Counted from the stretch's first letter, positions 1-15,300 are shown. The stretch is 64,000 bases of DNA from Rhynchobatus australiae (GCA_034780895.1 JAUZTB010000078.1:5910232-5974231); one strand, 5' to 3'. Notes: generated by a model not told the origin, from the letters alone. Made by a program: numbers and translations.

Positions 1-252
1 GCTGTGACACTGTAGCATTCTGTTATTGTTTTTACCCTGTACTACCTCAATTCACTGTGTAATGAATTGATCTGTACGATCAGTATGCAAGACAAGATAT
101 TCACTTGTCGATGATAATAAACCAATTCCAATATTCAGTTTACACTTATGCATTGATTATTTATACACAAGTGCAACTAAAAATATTTCGATACAACATA
201 GGTAAAAGCAATTATATTAAAAGAACAAGATGAAAAGAACAAGAATACATAC

Positions 253-394
253 ATGCAAAAAGTCAGCAGTCTGCTTGTCAAGCTTGGATGCAATGAATTT
301 GAAAGTTTCGCTGTGGTATTTACTGTCCACATGGGCAGAAATGTCCTCATCTTCAAAGGTACGAAACTTACAGACAGAGCAAGCATACATTATC
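253..394 (-). CDS. AKAP8L: Gene A exon 9, first C2H2 AKAP95-type zinc finger
   Basis: [48 protein letters not shown]; tgtag| and |gtatgt; 142 nt. Confidence 0.95.
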
Positions 395-3300
395 CTACAA
401 CACAAAAAGATGCATGTAAAAGGTGAAAACCTCACATGTTGAACAACTTAAAAGTTGAGGAATTTGTTCTTACATCAATGGCAAAATAGTTCATTTTGGT
501 AGGTCAAATATGATGGCATAATGGTAGGACTCTTGGCAGTGCGGAGGATCAGAGGGATCTTGGTGCCAGTCCATAGGACACCCAAAGCAGCTGCAAAAGT
601 TGACTCTGTGGTGAAGGCGGCATACAGTGTATTGTCCTTCATCAATCGTGGAACTGAATTTAGGAGCCGAGACATAATGTTGCAGCTATGTGGACCTCTG
701 GTCAGACCCCACTTGGAGCACTGTGCTCAGTTCTGGTCTCCTCACTACAGGAAGGATGGAGAAGCCATAGAAAAGGTGCAAAGGAGATTTACAAGGATGC
801 TGCCTGGATTGGGAAGCATGCCTTAAGAAAGCAGGTTGAGGGAACTCGGCCTTTTCTCCTTGGAGTGATGGAGGATGAGGGGGGACCTGATAGAGGTATA
901 CAAGGCGATGAGAGGCATTGATCAGGTAGATAGTAAGAGGCTTTTTCCCAGGGATGAAATGGTTGCCACAAGAGGACATAGGTTTAAAGTGCTGGGGAGT
1001 AGGTATAGAGGAGATGTCAGGGGTAAGTTTTTTGTTTACTCAGAGAGTGGTGAGTGCATGGAATGGGCTGCTGGCAACAGTGGTGGAGGCGGGTACGATA
1101 GGGTCTTTTAAGAGACTTTTGGATAGGTACATGGAGCTGAGAATAATAGAGGGCTCTGGGTAAGCCTAGTCATTTCTAGGGCACGTTCGGCACAGCCTCG
1201 TGGGCCGAAGGGCCTGAATTGTGCTGTAGGTTTTCTATGTTCTATGTTCAATCACCTTTCTGCAAGACGGTCCCGATTTTTCTTTGGTTTGTTTGCCTTC
1301 TTCTTTTCTTGCATTGTGGGAACTAATTAAAACAAACCACAACATTCAGCACAAAAACATCAGCCAGTAAACATGCAGTTCCTCTACATTCACCTTCACA
1401 CATCAGTTGATACAGTTTGCCAGCCCCATCATAAAGATCTTTAGATCCACATCTATAACATTAGATGCAATCCCCTTTCTCCACTGGTCAATCTTTTCTG
1501 CTCCTGAAGATGCTACCCTCTCCAGCTAGGGAAGTGGCCAGTTTTGCACAAAGCTATTTAAACTATCCAAGCTCTGTAAAGAAAAAACATTACACAATAG
1601 AATAACGACCAGAATCAGAAACTCAGATTGATATTTCTACCCTAATAGAGCACACACTACTGCAAATTAAAAAAATACTTGGGGTTCAGCTGATGTTAAG
1701 CTACCCATTCACTGTGAACCTCCTCCTTATGGCTTAAGACATTTTGAGATTTATCCTTGACATAAGTATCCCAAGCCCCCTATATCTAGACTCATTTCTG
1801 AATTAACTGAAAGAGTGATCCATTTTTCATCTTTCTTGATTTGGTAGTTCAAGGAATTTTTAAAAGTTAAACTGTGATAAAAATCATGTATTGCTTCAGA
1901 GTACTTCTTGCAAAAATCAAAGACATCCAACGTATTACTTCTTTGCATTTCACCGCCACATACCATTACTCACAAACTCTTAAAATAATAATGGAAGTGT
2001 TTTAATGAGTTGCTATTTGTATATTGCAACCCAGTTATGCAGCAATCACAGAAGTTTGTGAATTTACACCATTTTAACACCACTGGTTGCAAAATTTGCC
2101 AGCTGGTGGTTGAATAACAGTAAACAAAAGACATACACAAGTAAGCTCATGGGGATGTCAGAAGTTCTGATTTTTGATCACTTGTTCAATAAATTCTCAC
2201 AATTTATGTATAATTAAAAAAAACAACTCTTGATACGTTTCTGCCACTCTTCCCAGATGGAGTGCTGAAACATGGAGTAAAGGAAGGAAAATGTGGTGTG
2301 CTATTGACAGGGTATCAGAAGGGACGATGTCACAAAAATTGATCTTACAGCGCTTTGGTTTCTTGTCTGCAGAATCTTTGCCATCACCAGTCTGGAATTA
2401 AAATAAAAAGATCATTTTTAAACTCTCCTAAGGTGATTGCTCTACTCCCATCATTTAAAGAATATATTAGAAACAGTGTTCAAGTAAAACACATGAAGGT
2501 AACTTTCAAGAATATTCACTAGATTATTCCACATAATCAGTAAGCCTAGGCATATCACAATTTAGACATTTATAACCAGTAGAAGTCCCTTGGTTGGCAG
2601 TTAAAATTGGATTGATTTATACAACAGACTTCTAATGCCACTGACAATGTCTGTTGCTCTCCTCAACTACAAAACAAGTATCCAATTACAGAAATATAAT
2701 GCACCCTTGAAAAAGGTAAACATATTTGCATGATGCATTTCACATTTAACTACTTAAAAATTTGTTAAGCCTGTAAACTTTATTCCTCAGAATTTCGCCA
2801 GTGTGACGGTGTGGTGCAAGTATCGACAGCAAAGCTGCCTCTACAATGAATCCTATTTTTACACCTGAATTTCACAGTAATTTCATTGGCTGCATTCACA
2901 GAAAAGGTAATGACCACTACAGGTCCACTGAGCATATTGTCCATCACAACACAACTAAGTGCTATTGCCCAGTCTTTGATCATCCACCAAATGATGGAAT
3001 CACAGGAAATTGATTATACAGGTGGCTTTTTGGCCTCACGTGTCTGCATCAGTCCAGTGAAAAAGAGCTCTGCAGCCTAACCCCACAACAAACTCCACAG
3101 TCCCAAGGTCAGGGGTATTCAAACACACACCCATGTATTGTTCAAATGCGATTATGGTTTCAGCACCCTCCACTCTTTTAGGCACAGTTTCACATCCCTA
3201 CCACCCTCCGAGTGAATTAATCCTTCCATCAATCACAAAACGAAGGTTCACATACAAATCGATTCTAAAATTTTCCCATCTCTAACATTAACTAATTATC

Positions 3301-6300
3301 CTGTAATTACTTGGTTTATGTCCATCACACTTTTTAAAATGTGCATTAATAATCAAACCAAGCCTTTTACTTCGGTTGGCTCTCTGCTACCTTGGATATT
3401 CAGCATGTTGTTTAGATACATTGGATATTTAATACTGGTATCTATCCAAAAGTTGCCTTTCACTCCTCCACCACAGGATGGCAGAAGCAAGCTTATACAG
3501 ATGGAATAACAGGTGGAAACAGCGAACTCCTCTCAACAGAGTATAAGCCAGCTAAATTTTGCAAAACCATGCACAAAATAATTCAAATGTACCAAAAGCA
3601 TTCGGTCCCTCTACCATACAGAGGACAAGTTCTGTCTGAAGATGCATGAAATAACAAATGGCATCCAGGTATTACTTACACCGCCATCACCAGACTCAGC
3701 GCCATCATCTTCTGCTGAAACAAAAGATGAGACAATTAGATATCAAAACCAATAACACTGGATAAATAGGGCAGTATTTTAAAATTAAAATAGAATAATT
3801 GATAAAATAAATATTAGTAGTTTCTCAAACTCAATACATGTCATTCTCTGTAACAAATCTGAGAGTTGAAGCAATAGCAAAATATTCATGCACAATTCAA
3901 AATCATGCAAGCTAAGTACATCATTTATTGACTAGCTCTATCATAAACCATAAGGAGGTTTGTAGGCTCCAGCAAAATAACACAAGTTAGACTATCCCAT
4001 AGCTATCTAAATAGTCCAGTGATAAAGACATAATCTTAGTTGACTACTGGTCTATACAGGATTTCACAGCAGAGTCTAACCTTGTTTGCCCCANNNNNNN
4101 AATGAACTTCCAAAGGTCACTGTATAACAATTAGGAAGGAATCCAATCATCTTTTCCCCTTTCTACTGGGGTGATGCAGCTCCTATCTTGCATCAATATT
4201 AGGACAAGTTAGATTAAAACAAACCATGGTCAAACCTACTTAATGGACAACAATATAATGAAATTTCTAGCCCACAACTGCAACTTTGAACCCAGCATTG
4301 ATCAACACTATCGAATTGCAAAACTACTAGTTTTGTCTTACTTGCCCACCTTGCTACTCTGCCAAAGCTCAAATGAGAAGGTCTCTTTTGGAACCAGGTG
4401 CCAATGTGTGTTACCCATATAGCATATATTTAAAAAGAGGAAATCAGTGAAAAACTACTAAAAAAATTTAAAATGCAACTAACTAAAATATTCAAGAGGC
4501 CAGACAGTGTACTTAAATACAGCAGAAAGTTTCAGGGATACACCTATACCATTATGCACAAATACTTCCCCTCTCCAAGTCTGGAGGGTGGGCAATATAT
4601 AGGGCTTTCCAAAAAACCCTTGAATGCTGTTTCGTTAACTTTTTTGGAAATGTCCCCATGTGAAGGTAACAGAGAGGGAATTGAGCTAAACTGTGTTGCT
4701 ACATGCAATCAAATAGCTTGCCAACCATACCCAAGGTCAATGATTTCAAGGTTCCAGAAGAGACAAGTGAATGGAAAGAACTTGGTTGAGGTGGGATCCA
4801 AGCATACCTGCATCAGATCCATCTTCAGTTTTTGCCTGTTTGTTCTCTGGCTCATCGGTACTACCCGTAGATGTTTTCCTCTTCCTACCAAAGCCCGCAT
4901 CCCTTTTCTTCATCTGTTAAAAATCAAAGACAGTTCAATTCCCACAAATTAGGCACCCGTTATTTAAAGTCACTTAAATAAGCACACCAAACAATATCTC
5001 CCATCTTGCATGAAGGATGTGTACAAGCCATCTTTCAACACTCCAGTTTTTAATGCTGTGCCCTCCAAAGAGAAGGCAAAATAAATACAATTTCCATCTC
5101 CAATAAATTTGGTGCCCTTTTTCAATCAGGGCTTCTTGACAATGCCTGTGCACCATTAACATATCCACAGTAACTGAAGTTGACAAAAACTTACATTTCT
5201 AATGCACATAACAAATATTCCAAAGCCCTCAAATCCAATGGTCACTGCCCCAAGGCAAGGGCAACTTGAAATACTGAATGCTGTACTTAGAGGATCTAAA
5301 CCGCCAATGTTTTGGACTGACTGTAGAAAATATTATATAATTCCCTATTGTATTTCAGTATCATCCACAACAGACAGTTACCAAATAAGTGTTTGATAGT
5401 CACTTTATAATTTTACAATACCCATCTTACTTCCATACAATATTCTGGATCTGCCAGCTTACGTTTGTGATGAGTCCTATTCTGTCACCACTTTTGAAAG
5501 ATCTCATGAACATAGCTGTTTCCCCAGTTACCCATAACGTAGCATATCTGATGAGCAATGTCCTCAACAAACCTCCCATGACCAAGAAACATAGTACGTC
5601 ATGTCATTATCCAGCTACTGCTTGAAAAGTTAGTTGGCACAAATATGGAGGGAATCGACATGAGAAAAGTTAAAATAACCAATATCCACAATTATTATAT
5701 GAACTTAGTACTGCAAAATCTTATTACAAAAATTCTGTCAAATGCTGGAGGTGGGGAACACATATTCAAGTCAGAATAGAAAACACATTCAATTTTCCTA
5801 ACGAAATCAAGCACATTTTAACTGTATTGTACAATGGATTACACTTGATCAATACGTTAACTTATTGAGTATCCAGTAGGTTCTACAATAAATTAGAGAA
5901 TCAAGCTACTTAACTTGCAACTGCTAGATCACAAGCCAAAAATTAGCAAGTCTTCTGGTACTAAACACAATTTCACTAAATAATAGGGCTGTTAAAATAC
6001 TTTAAAAACAGCCCAAATTAAGCTAAAGTAGTAATTTTCTTGGATCTTTCATTAATACACAATTCCTGTAAAACAGAGGACAAAGTACTGCAGTGCAATT
6101 ACCAGCACTTTAATTCATACATACTAATTACAAACCAAGCATCAAACTGAAGTGTAAGCAATGAGTGCAAAGTGGGGCTGACCACTGAATATAACGAGGA
6201 GGCAGCAAGACAAGAGACTGTAGAATAGACTGAGTACACAGTTATACTCCCAAAGGAAATGAGAAGAAACGACAAAATTGAATACAAACATAGACTGAGA

Positions 6301-9300
6301 AATTAATATCATGAGAAATGGCAAATTGTAAAGGCAATTTAAGTTTAAGACAGTAACACATTTTCGTTTTTGTCTCATGGTTTTGACGGAAGCTCAAACA
6401 ATTGTGAACCATATGTATATTTTTCCCACAAAGTCACTGCAGTCTAGCAGAATCTCAGAGGACTGAGAAACAGCAATCATGACACCCATCTTCAAAGCCA
6501 AAATGGTGCAGATCAAGAGTTAAATATGTAAGAGCTTGGCATGATTGAAAGCATCAAGCACTGTGAGGAGCATGAATCTGCATGCTTTCTTTTAAGAATG
6601 GGAAGTTGTGCCAGATTTATAGATTCCTTTGAGTAGCATCTGACCAAAAAGTGGAAATAGTGAGGGTCGCATTCCTAGATATTCAGAAGCCATTTTGATA
6701 TTAATGATAGTCACTAGTAATATACTTTTTTTTACAATTTACACAAATGACTTGGATGGAAGCACCAAAGGCATGGATGCCGAATTTGCTGGTGACACAA
6801 ACACAGGTAGGAAGTTGACAAGAGGACATAGTAGACTATAAAGGGATGCAGTATAGACTAGTTAACTAAGTGGACAAAAAATATCGGTAATAGAGTATAA
6901 GAGATCCCCAGGTTATGGAAGACCCGATATCCAAAAATCTGACTTTACACAAATTCTCTCAGACTCTGCTCTCAGGTATAGTATCAAACCTCTTCACCAG
7001 GAAACAATGGAGGGATCACCCACAGAAAAAGCCAACGCCTTCTCCGAACTCTCCTCTCCTTCAGGTAAGATCGAATGTCATGAACCCCAAGCCACCCCTT
7101 GTGGCATACACTTTCTTTTATTGAACTGCTGATAGTTTTCTTGCTGATTAGCAGATCAGCTCCCCCATCACTCTATTTGGGCTGCATCAGACAAACATTT
7201 GTCATAAGACTTGTTACTAGCAAGTGAACTATCACCTATGATGACTTTCCCCAGTCTACTCTTTGCAATTCAGTTCCCAAGGGCTGTCAAGGCTAAGATT
7301 TCACATTACAGTTTTGGGGGTAATTTTGTTGGTTTCCAATTTACAGAAAGCTCAGATAATGGTCAGATCTCAGGAACGAAACCCTTACATAACCCAGGAC
7401 CCCCTGTATAATGAAATGCAGAGGAATGAGAGTCCCCAGTGCACGAGTCATCAAAGGCTGGTTTGTAAATACAGCTAATAATCAGGGGAATTGAATAAAA
7501 GTAGGGAGGTTATTTTGGATATTGGTAAGAGCATATGGAGTACTGTATTCAGTGCCTTTATTTAAGGAAAGAACATCTAGGGAGGTTTATGAAATTGATA
7601 ACTGAAATGGGCGGGTCTTATGAGGAAAGGTTGAATATACTAGGTATATCCACTGGAGAGGGGCTTGATCGAAATATACAAAGATGCTGAGGGGTTTGGA
7701 AGGGTGGCTGTGGAGAGGAAGTATACTGTAGGAGAATTTTGAACTAAGGGTCACCATTTAAAAATATAGGGTCAAACAATTAAAGACAGACTAGGCAAAA
7801 TTTATTCTCTCAAAGAGGGTCATGAGTCTTTGGACCTTCTTCCTCAAAGGAAGAAATAGATTATTTCCAATAAGAGAATGAAAGGGTAATGTAGGTGGAA
7901 ATGCAAAGTCAAGATTACAATCAGATCATCTTTCACCTTATTAAATGGCAGAGCAGGCTTAAGGAGCCAAATGGCATATTCCTGATCCAATTCATATGCA
8001 CAGGAGCCTACTATAGAGATAACAAAAAGTGGCACACTCATAAGATAGACGGCAACGTATTAAACTAGATTAATAAATGATTAGTCTGCAGACTGCCTGG
8101 TATCTGTCTGGCCCAGGAATAACAGTACACCATTCAAGCAAGTCCCATTATTTAAATTGATCATGGCTGATCTGTACTTTTAATTTATGTTTTGTATGTT
8201 TGTTTTTTTTCTTGTGAATGCTGTTCATATGATGCTAAGTGCCTGTGATGCTACTGCAAGCGTTTCATTGCACCTGTGTATACATGTACTTGTGCATATG
8301 ACAATAAACTCTACTTTGAACTTTCAAGTCCATTCAACCACCTTTGTTCCATAATATTCTGTAGCCTTACCACTGAGCCTGGTTTCCCAATCAAAGCCCA
8401 ACCATGCATATCCCAGGCCATCCCCGGGTTATGAAAGCCTGACTTATGGACACCCTTACATATGAATGATCTTCCATACCACTAAAATTCAAAAGTCCAA
8501 TGTACACACAAACAGCAGAACTAGTTTCCACTCTCTCTCTCTCTACTTTTAGCAATTGTTCTTTCTTATCAGTCTTGTATGCTTTTGCTGCCATACGTTA
8601 CAATACTATGGTGGTATGATTACCATACTAAGTGATTTTCATGTATTTTCCAACTTATGGACATCTGTAAAAAAAATACAACCTGTTCATTATCTGGGGG
8701 TGGCCTGTATTTTCCGATAGAGCATCCTGGCTCAATATTTTATCCAATTCAGGACGAATTGTATAGCACCACCATACGTTTTCCATTCTTGATCAACAGC
8801 AATGCACATGCAGCTCACTCCACTTTTGGTACTTGGGCTCTAGTCTGGACTGGCAATTGTTGGGTCAGATTTTCTTTTACTCTCTGTCTTGTATGACAAT
8901 ACTATGTTACCAAATGACACAGAGTACCACAAGATTCAACATAGAAGCTTGGATCATTTATAATCATTTGTCATTTATGAAATTAGTCATGTCCCAATAA
9001 TACTAAATTTAAAGCAGTTGATGACAAAAAGGAAGATGCAATTTGATAAGAGAAGGTAATGAGATTTGACAGAAAAGAGATTGAAGTCAATTAGAAACAA
9101 AATATGAAGATACATGTGGTATCATAGTTAGCTTTTAGCATCATAGCAAGATCTCTGGACCGATGGACAAATTTAACAATAAATGAGTTTTCTAGGCTTT
9201 TAACCACAAAGCTGGAATGCATAGCCACATAGGAACAGATTTTAGGCTCAAAAATAAATAAATTAATTAATTNNNNNNNNNNNNTATTTGAAGCACTACA

Positions 9301-12300
9301 TACAATGTTGGTCTCCAATGATACAGGTGATGGAAGTATAAAAAGAGGTTCAATGCTGACCCCAAAATCTAGAAGATCAGCATGTGAAGGAAGATAGACA
9401 TTGGAATCTCAATATTTGAAATAATGAAAGGTTTGGACAACTGTGATATTCAAAATTAAACGCTGGACAAATTACATTTGAAAATGCAGGAATTATTTAA
9501 AACAATAGCAAGAATAAGAATGTACTCCTGGTATAGAAGGTGGATCAAAAAAGCCCACAGTGGACTTGCAGAAATTCACAAGATTCATATCAATGAATGA
9601 GATTTAGGGCAGTGGAAATACATTGAGAGAAAACAGAAATGTGCAAGACGGATCGAAGATGCATCCAGCCCGATAATGTGTTTTCATAGAAGAAATGGGT
9701 CATCATCATCAGAAATCAGGACTTACCCTGATGCCACTGCTAAGCACCCCAAAACAAATACTGAAAGCTTTGTAATTTAAAAAAATCATCGCTAGATTCA
9801 GAAAGGAAGCTGATCACATTTCTGAAAATTGTTTCAAATTTGAAACGACAATACTACAACTCCTAAACTACTAAAAGAATTGCTGCAGAGAAATAAATTA
9901 TACAATCCCATTAATTTCTGCGTGCAAATAATAATCAATACATTTGATATTTAGGTAACTGTTTCAAAAGGAATGATACCCTTACATTATCAACTAACAT
10001 TACACATACTCAACAGGCAGACCTCCAGTTCACCAAGAGAAATAGTACCACACTGCTTATGTACAAAAATTACCTCCTACAGTCCTTTTCAAGGGCACAA
10101 AATCCAATTTTACTCTAAAATTGGTTAATATGACAATTGAAATATATTTGCTGCTTGCATGCTAGAAGTGAAAGACAAAAGATCAGAAACACACTTCACA
10201 TCATTTTGTATTATCAGTCTGTGGAAACACTAGAAGCAGCAATTTAAATAAGTTTGATACAGCATCTAGGGCTAAATAAACAATACGATCCTCAATTTAA
10301 CAGTATGAATACACTAAAAAAGGAAATGCTCATTTTTACATTCGTCAAAACCATAAAATCTGTCTTACAAGTTGCCTTTAAGTTTAAAGGGTATCCACGT
10401 GCTCATACCCTGGGTTTAATAAGTGATCTTTAGTTGATTTAATACTAAATTCAGGTACTGGAAATTAGTATTGCTCAGTATTACCTATTCTCCAAACATT
10501 AGTAACGAGTACACAGAGTTCTGCCTTTCAACAATGGGATTAAAAACAGCTAAAGGCTGCCATTGTATTTTTAATGCTGCCCTCATATGCAAAGCATCTC
10601 AACAAAATCACATTGGCTCACTTCAGCATAAAAAAAAATTAAAATTCCTATCCTAATCCTAAAAAAAAAGGACCACTTGCCTGTAATAATAAAACAATTA
10701 AAAATTTCCATTCCCTCATTTTTCCTAATCATTACTGCTTAAAATAAAAGTATTAAAAAAAGGTACTTACGCCTCTGATTCGAATCCTGTCTCTCCTTCG
10801 CTGTCTGCCACCTCCTAATGGTCTTCCCGATCCCTGAACTCTGAACAGGTCCATGGGGATAATGTTTGGGGAGAAGAGCGAAGGGAGGTTCCTGGTGGAG
10901 GAGGCGGTGGCGGCGTTGTGGCCCCTGCCTCCCATCGACAGCTCATTCCAGCGTGCAGACATTCGCCCGGAACTTGCAGGTGACATGTAGGGGTCGTTCC
11001 GATTGGGTCTGTTATATGGCCGGTCTCTAGACCAGTTCTGGCCCCACTGGTTAGTAGGGCCGTATGGGTCACGTGCTCTGTTCTGGAACTGATCTTTGCG
11101 GGTCCCGTAGGAGCTGTCGTAGTGGTCATAGCGACCTCCATAGGAATCGTTATAATCGGGCCCATATTCACTGTAACCGTAGCCAGATCTGTACAGATCA
11201 CGGTCATTCAGTGAAGACCCGGAGTCGTAGGACTCGTAAGGTGTAAACCTGAAAGAGTCGCACAGTAAGCAAGGAATCTGGTCAGTAGCTGGAAAGCATG
11301 ATGGCACAAGTCTGCCAAGTTGTGACAGCAGACTAAAAACTAAACAACAGTTTCGGCTAATCACAGAACATATGTGATTTGCAATAATAAGCACTGGCTG
11401 AAATGGCCAGCCTTTAACAAATACTTCTAATGCAATTACTAAACTAGAGCAAATGGGACTCTGCAAAGTTTAACTACAAAATTCCTTTTGTTTTTGATGC
11501 AAGTTCTCTAGTTTTGTTTTGGCAGTGCTGTCAGATGTGTATACACTGCCACTTATTAGCATGTTGCAATACAATTAACAGCAGAATGGAAAAATCCACC
11601 ATTCTTTGGATTTTAGCCATTTTAAAGTTATATGCCATGGGTAGGCAATGGTCAGGAAGGTGGGGGATGGTGGGAGGTATGAGGAATAGAGTGGAGGAAG
11701 GCATTACAGAAGCTATGTACTCAATGGCAACCTTAAAATGACGAAACAAAATTTTGGCTTCAATATTCTTACATTGGGCATTACCTTTTAAGAACCAGAT
11801 CTCGTCCTTGAAGTCAGCAGAAACGATGGGGATTTTTCCACCATGCTACATATTCTATGCCACCAAGTACAAATATTACTTCAGATACCCTACTAACGCA
11901 CCATTTACATTGCCAATCTGAAACAAATTCAAATCCAGTTTCACAGGAAGCTTAAAGTGCAATTCATTTCCCTATTTTAAATGCATTATGTTTCTAAATG
12001 CATGTGATATAATGAATTCAGAACAATGGACAGAAGTGGTGTGTAGAGTATAAGCAAGGCTGGACTTCCATCAGTAACTGATCTGATTGTGAAAATGGGG
12101 CTGAAGCTACGCCAGGTTCTTTGAGCACATGCAGTACAAGTAAATTGTGGTGTGCAGAGCATCAACCTTTCAAACATTTAAGTGGCTTCACCCCATTATA
12201 TGCCATGGGACAAGTTTCTAATTTCAAATTTCAGTCAAATCCAGTATGGGTAAGGAGGAGCCAGATTTGTCCAAAATCTGGGGAAACTATCACCCTGCCC

Positions 12301-15300
12301 TAATTATCAGCGATACCACAAAGAAAATGTTGAATTCAAGCAGTTGTGTCTCCACAAAATGATATTTGGCAACTTGGCAAGACAGTACTCCTATCAAATA
12401 TTTCTTAACGTTCCTTAAGACAAATCAGCCTTTTTTGGCAAAGTTTTGCTTTGTTTTTCCCTGCAGTGCAATAGCCAGTGAACAAGATGTGGAGGTAGGT
12501 GGGCTGTCTACAAACTGTGCCTTGTGTATCAGGTAAACATCTCTTTTTTTAAAAAAAAGTCCCCAAGTACAGGTAAAATTCAGTGCCCATAACCAGCTCT
12601 CCTGCCTTCCCTCTGAATGTGTTTGAAAGATATATGGTTCAAATCGGTTGCCTCTGTGCACGTTGGGGTCGTCAGACCTCGCGGGCTTCCAATTCTTGCA
12701 TGGGATGTAGGTGTTGCGGGCAAGGCCAGCATTTATTGGCCATGTGACGATGGTGGTGATTCACTTCTTTAAACCACTGCAGTGCTGCTGGTGACATTGC
12801 TGTTGGGTGTGGAATTCTGAGATTTAGACCCAGTGGCGATGAAGGCAAAATGTTTCCAAACCGGAGACGTTTGAGATCTGGAGGGGAGCTTGTGTCCACA
12901 TGCACCTGCTGCACGTCCTGGGGAGTAAAGATTGTGGGTTTGGGAGGTGCTGTTGGAACAGCCCAGGTAGGTAACTGCAGTGCATTTTGTAAATGGTGCA
13001 CAATGCAGCCACTCTGTTCTGGTGGTGGATGGGATCCAATCAAGCCGGCAGCTTTGTCTTAGATGGTGTCAAGCTACTTGAGAGTTGTCGGAGCTGTGCT
13101 CATCCAAACACGTGGAGTATTCTCTCACACTCCACATGTCAGGAGTATGGAAAGGCATTGGGGTCTCTGGAGATGAGTCGCTCTCTACAGAATACCCAGC
13201 TCTGACCCGCTCTTGTAACTGTAATGTTTATGTGACTGGTCCTGTTGAGTTTGTAGCCAGTGATCCACCTTTGGATGCTATGGTGGGGACTTGGTGTAGT
13301 AACATTGAATTTCTTGGGCGTGCAGTTAGTTGTTAGTCTGGGTGATCTCCAAGGAATGAAAGGAATCGCGAGTGCCTTCATCAACACACACAAAATGCTG
13401 GAGGGACTCAGCAGGTCAGGCAGCATCTTTGGAGGGAAATAAACAGTCGACGTTTTGGTCAGACCCTTCATCAGGACTGGAAAGGAAGAGGGGAGAAGCC
13501 AGAATAAGGAGGTTAGGGGGAGGAGCACACGCAGGCAGGTGATGGGTGAGTCCAGGTGAGAGGGGGGAGGTAGGAACGGGGAGATGCAAGAAGCTGAGAG
13601 GTGATGGGGCTGAACCTTCTTCTGGTTTCTGCCCTCTTCCTTTCCAGCCCTGCTGAAGGGCCTTGACCTGAATCGTCGACCGTTTATTTCCCCTCCATAG
13701 ATGCTGCCTGACCTGCTGAGTTCCTCCAGCATTTTGTGTGTGTTGCTCCAGATTTCCAGCTTCTGCAGAATCTCTTGTCACGAGTACCTCCATTACTAGT
13801 TGAAAAGAAAGAACTTTATTTCTGTTGCAGCTGCTTCGCAAGCTCTCAGGAAGCCTTGAAGTTCTTCTCTGCTCGCAAGTTTAAAATGTTGTCACTGTTA
13901 CAGTGCAGGCGATGCACCTGTACATGTGGTCTCTTGGACTGGCTTTGATCATCTGNNNNNNNNNNNNNNNNNNNNNNNNNNNNNNNNNNNNNNNNNNNNN
14001 NNNNNNNNNNNNNNNNNNNNNNNNNNNNNNNNNNNNNNNNNNNNNNNNNNNNNNNNNNNNNNNNNNNNNNNNNNNNNNNNNNNNNNNNNNNNNNNNNNNN
14101 NNNNNNNNNNNNNNNNNNNNNNNNNNNNNNNNNNNNNNNNNNNNNNNNNNNNNNNNNNNNNNNNNNNNNNNNNNNNNNNNNNNNNNNNNNNNNNNNNNNN
14201 NNNNNNNNNNNNNNNNNNNNNNNNNNNNNNNNNNNNNNNNNNNNNNNNNNNNNNNNNNNNNNNNNNNNNNNNNNNNNNNNNNNNNNNNNNNNNNNNNNNN
14301 NNNNNNNNNNNNNNNNNNNNNNNNNNNNNNNNNNNNNNNNNNNNNNNNNNNNNNNNNNNNNNNNNNNNNNNNNNNNNNNNNNNNNNNNNNNNNNNNNNNN
14401 NNNNNNNGAAGTATTTGGCTGAGATGTATTAAAGATCTATAGTCATGAAGCACGTTGAAAATGGTTTACACGTACTGGCAAGAATGCCAAAAAACATAAA
14501 AGGCTTTCCTATATGTGAACTGAAGTGGGCGAGTCTGCCCATTAAGCTAATCAATTAGATTGTGAAACAGCTACATCATAACTTCAATAACTTGCCTGGG
14601 TTCCATTACTCTCAACATACTTGCCTAAGAAAACCACTGCTATTTAAAAACAAAATGAACCTATCCCATTTTCCTGATGCTCAACAACACTTGTTTCTCC
14701 AACTACCTTCTGAATTTCAAGACACAGGCTTCACCCAACTGTATTTGTTGTCCTTTCATTCATTTAAGGCACCCTATATTACAAGACTTTACCTTGTATT
14801 TCAAAAAATTCTAAACACAAAGTTGATGGTCATGCAATTATTGTGGAAAGTAGCAACTTTAATAATTAAAATTTATAGGATGTATTGTTCAAAAGCAATC
14901 TAGTTATTCATTTTGAAAATAAAGTGAGAGCAATTTACTAATTCAGATAATGAATCATCAATTCTCTCAGAACAGAAATCTGATATTAGTCCACAGTTAA
15001 AAATATTGATCTTAAATATCAAAATACCAGCAAAACTTTAATTCTACTGAATCAAAAACCGCCCATTCAAAATGTTCATGGAATGATCAAAGTTTCAACA
15101 GAAGCTTATTTAAGTCAAACACCCATTACTCCAAAAGCAAACTGTAATTCTGTATTTGTTCCTAGCAATGAACTTCTTACAACTTCCAAAAGTCTTCCAT
15201 ATCAAATGACCCATGTGTCACACTGAAAATATAACCAGCATAGAAGAGGCAATTGATAGGTGAACGGTAGATTTTAAACACAGCAAATATTCTAATCATG

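Noticed and set aside
13881-14453. Long ORFs of X residues
   Set aside because: Artefacts of the N-gap
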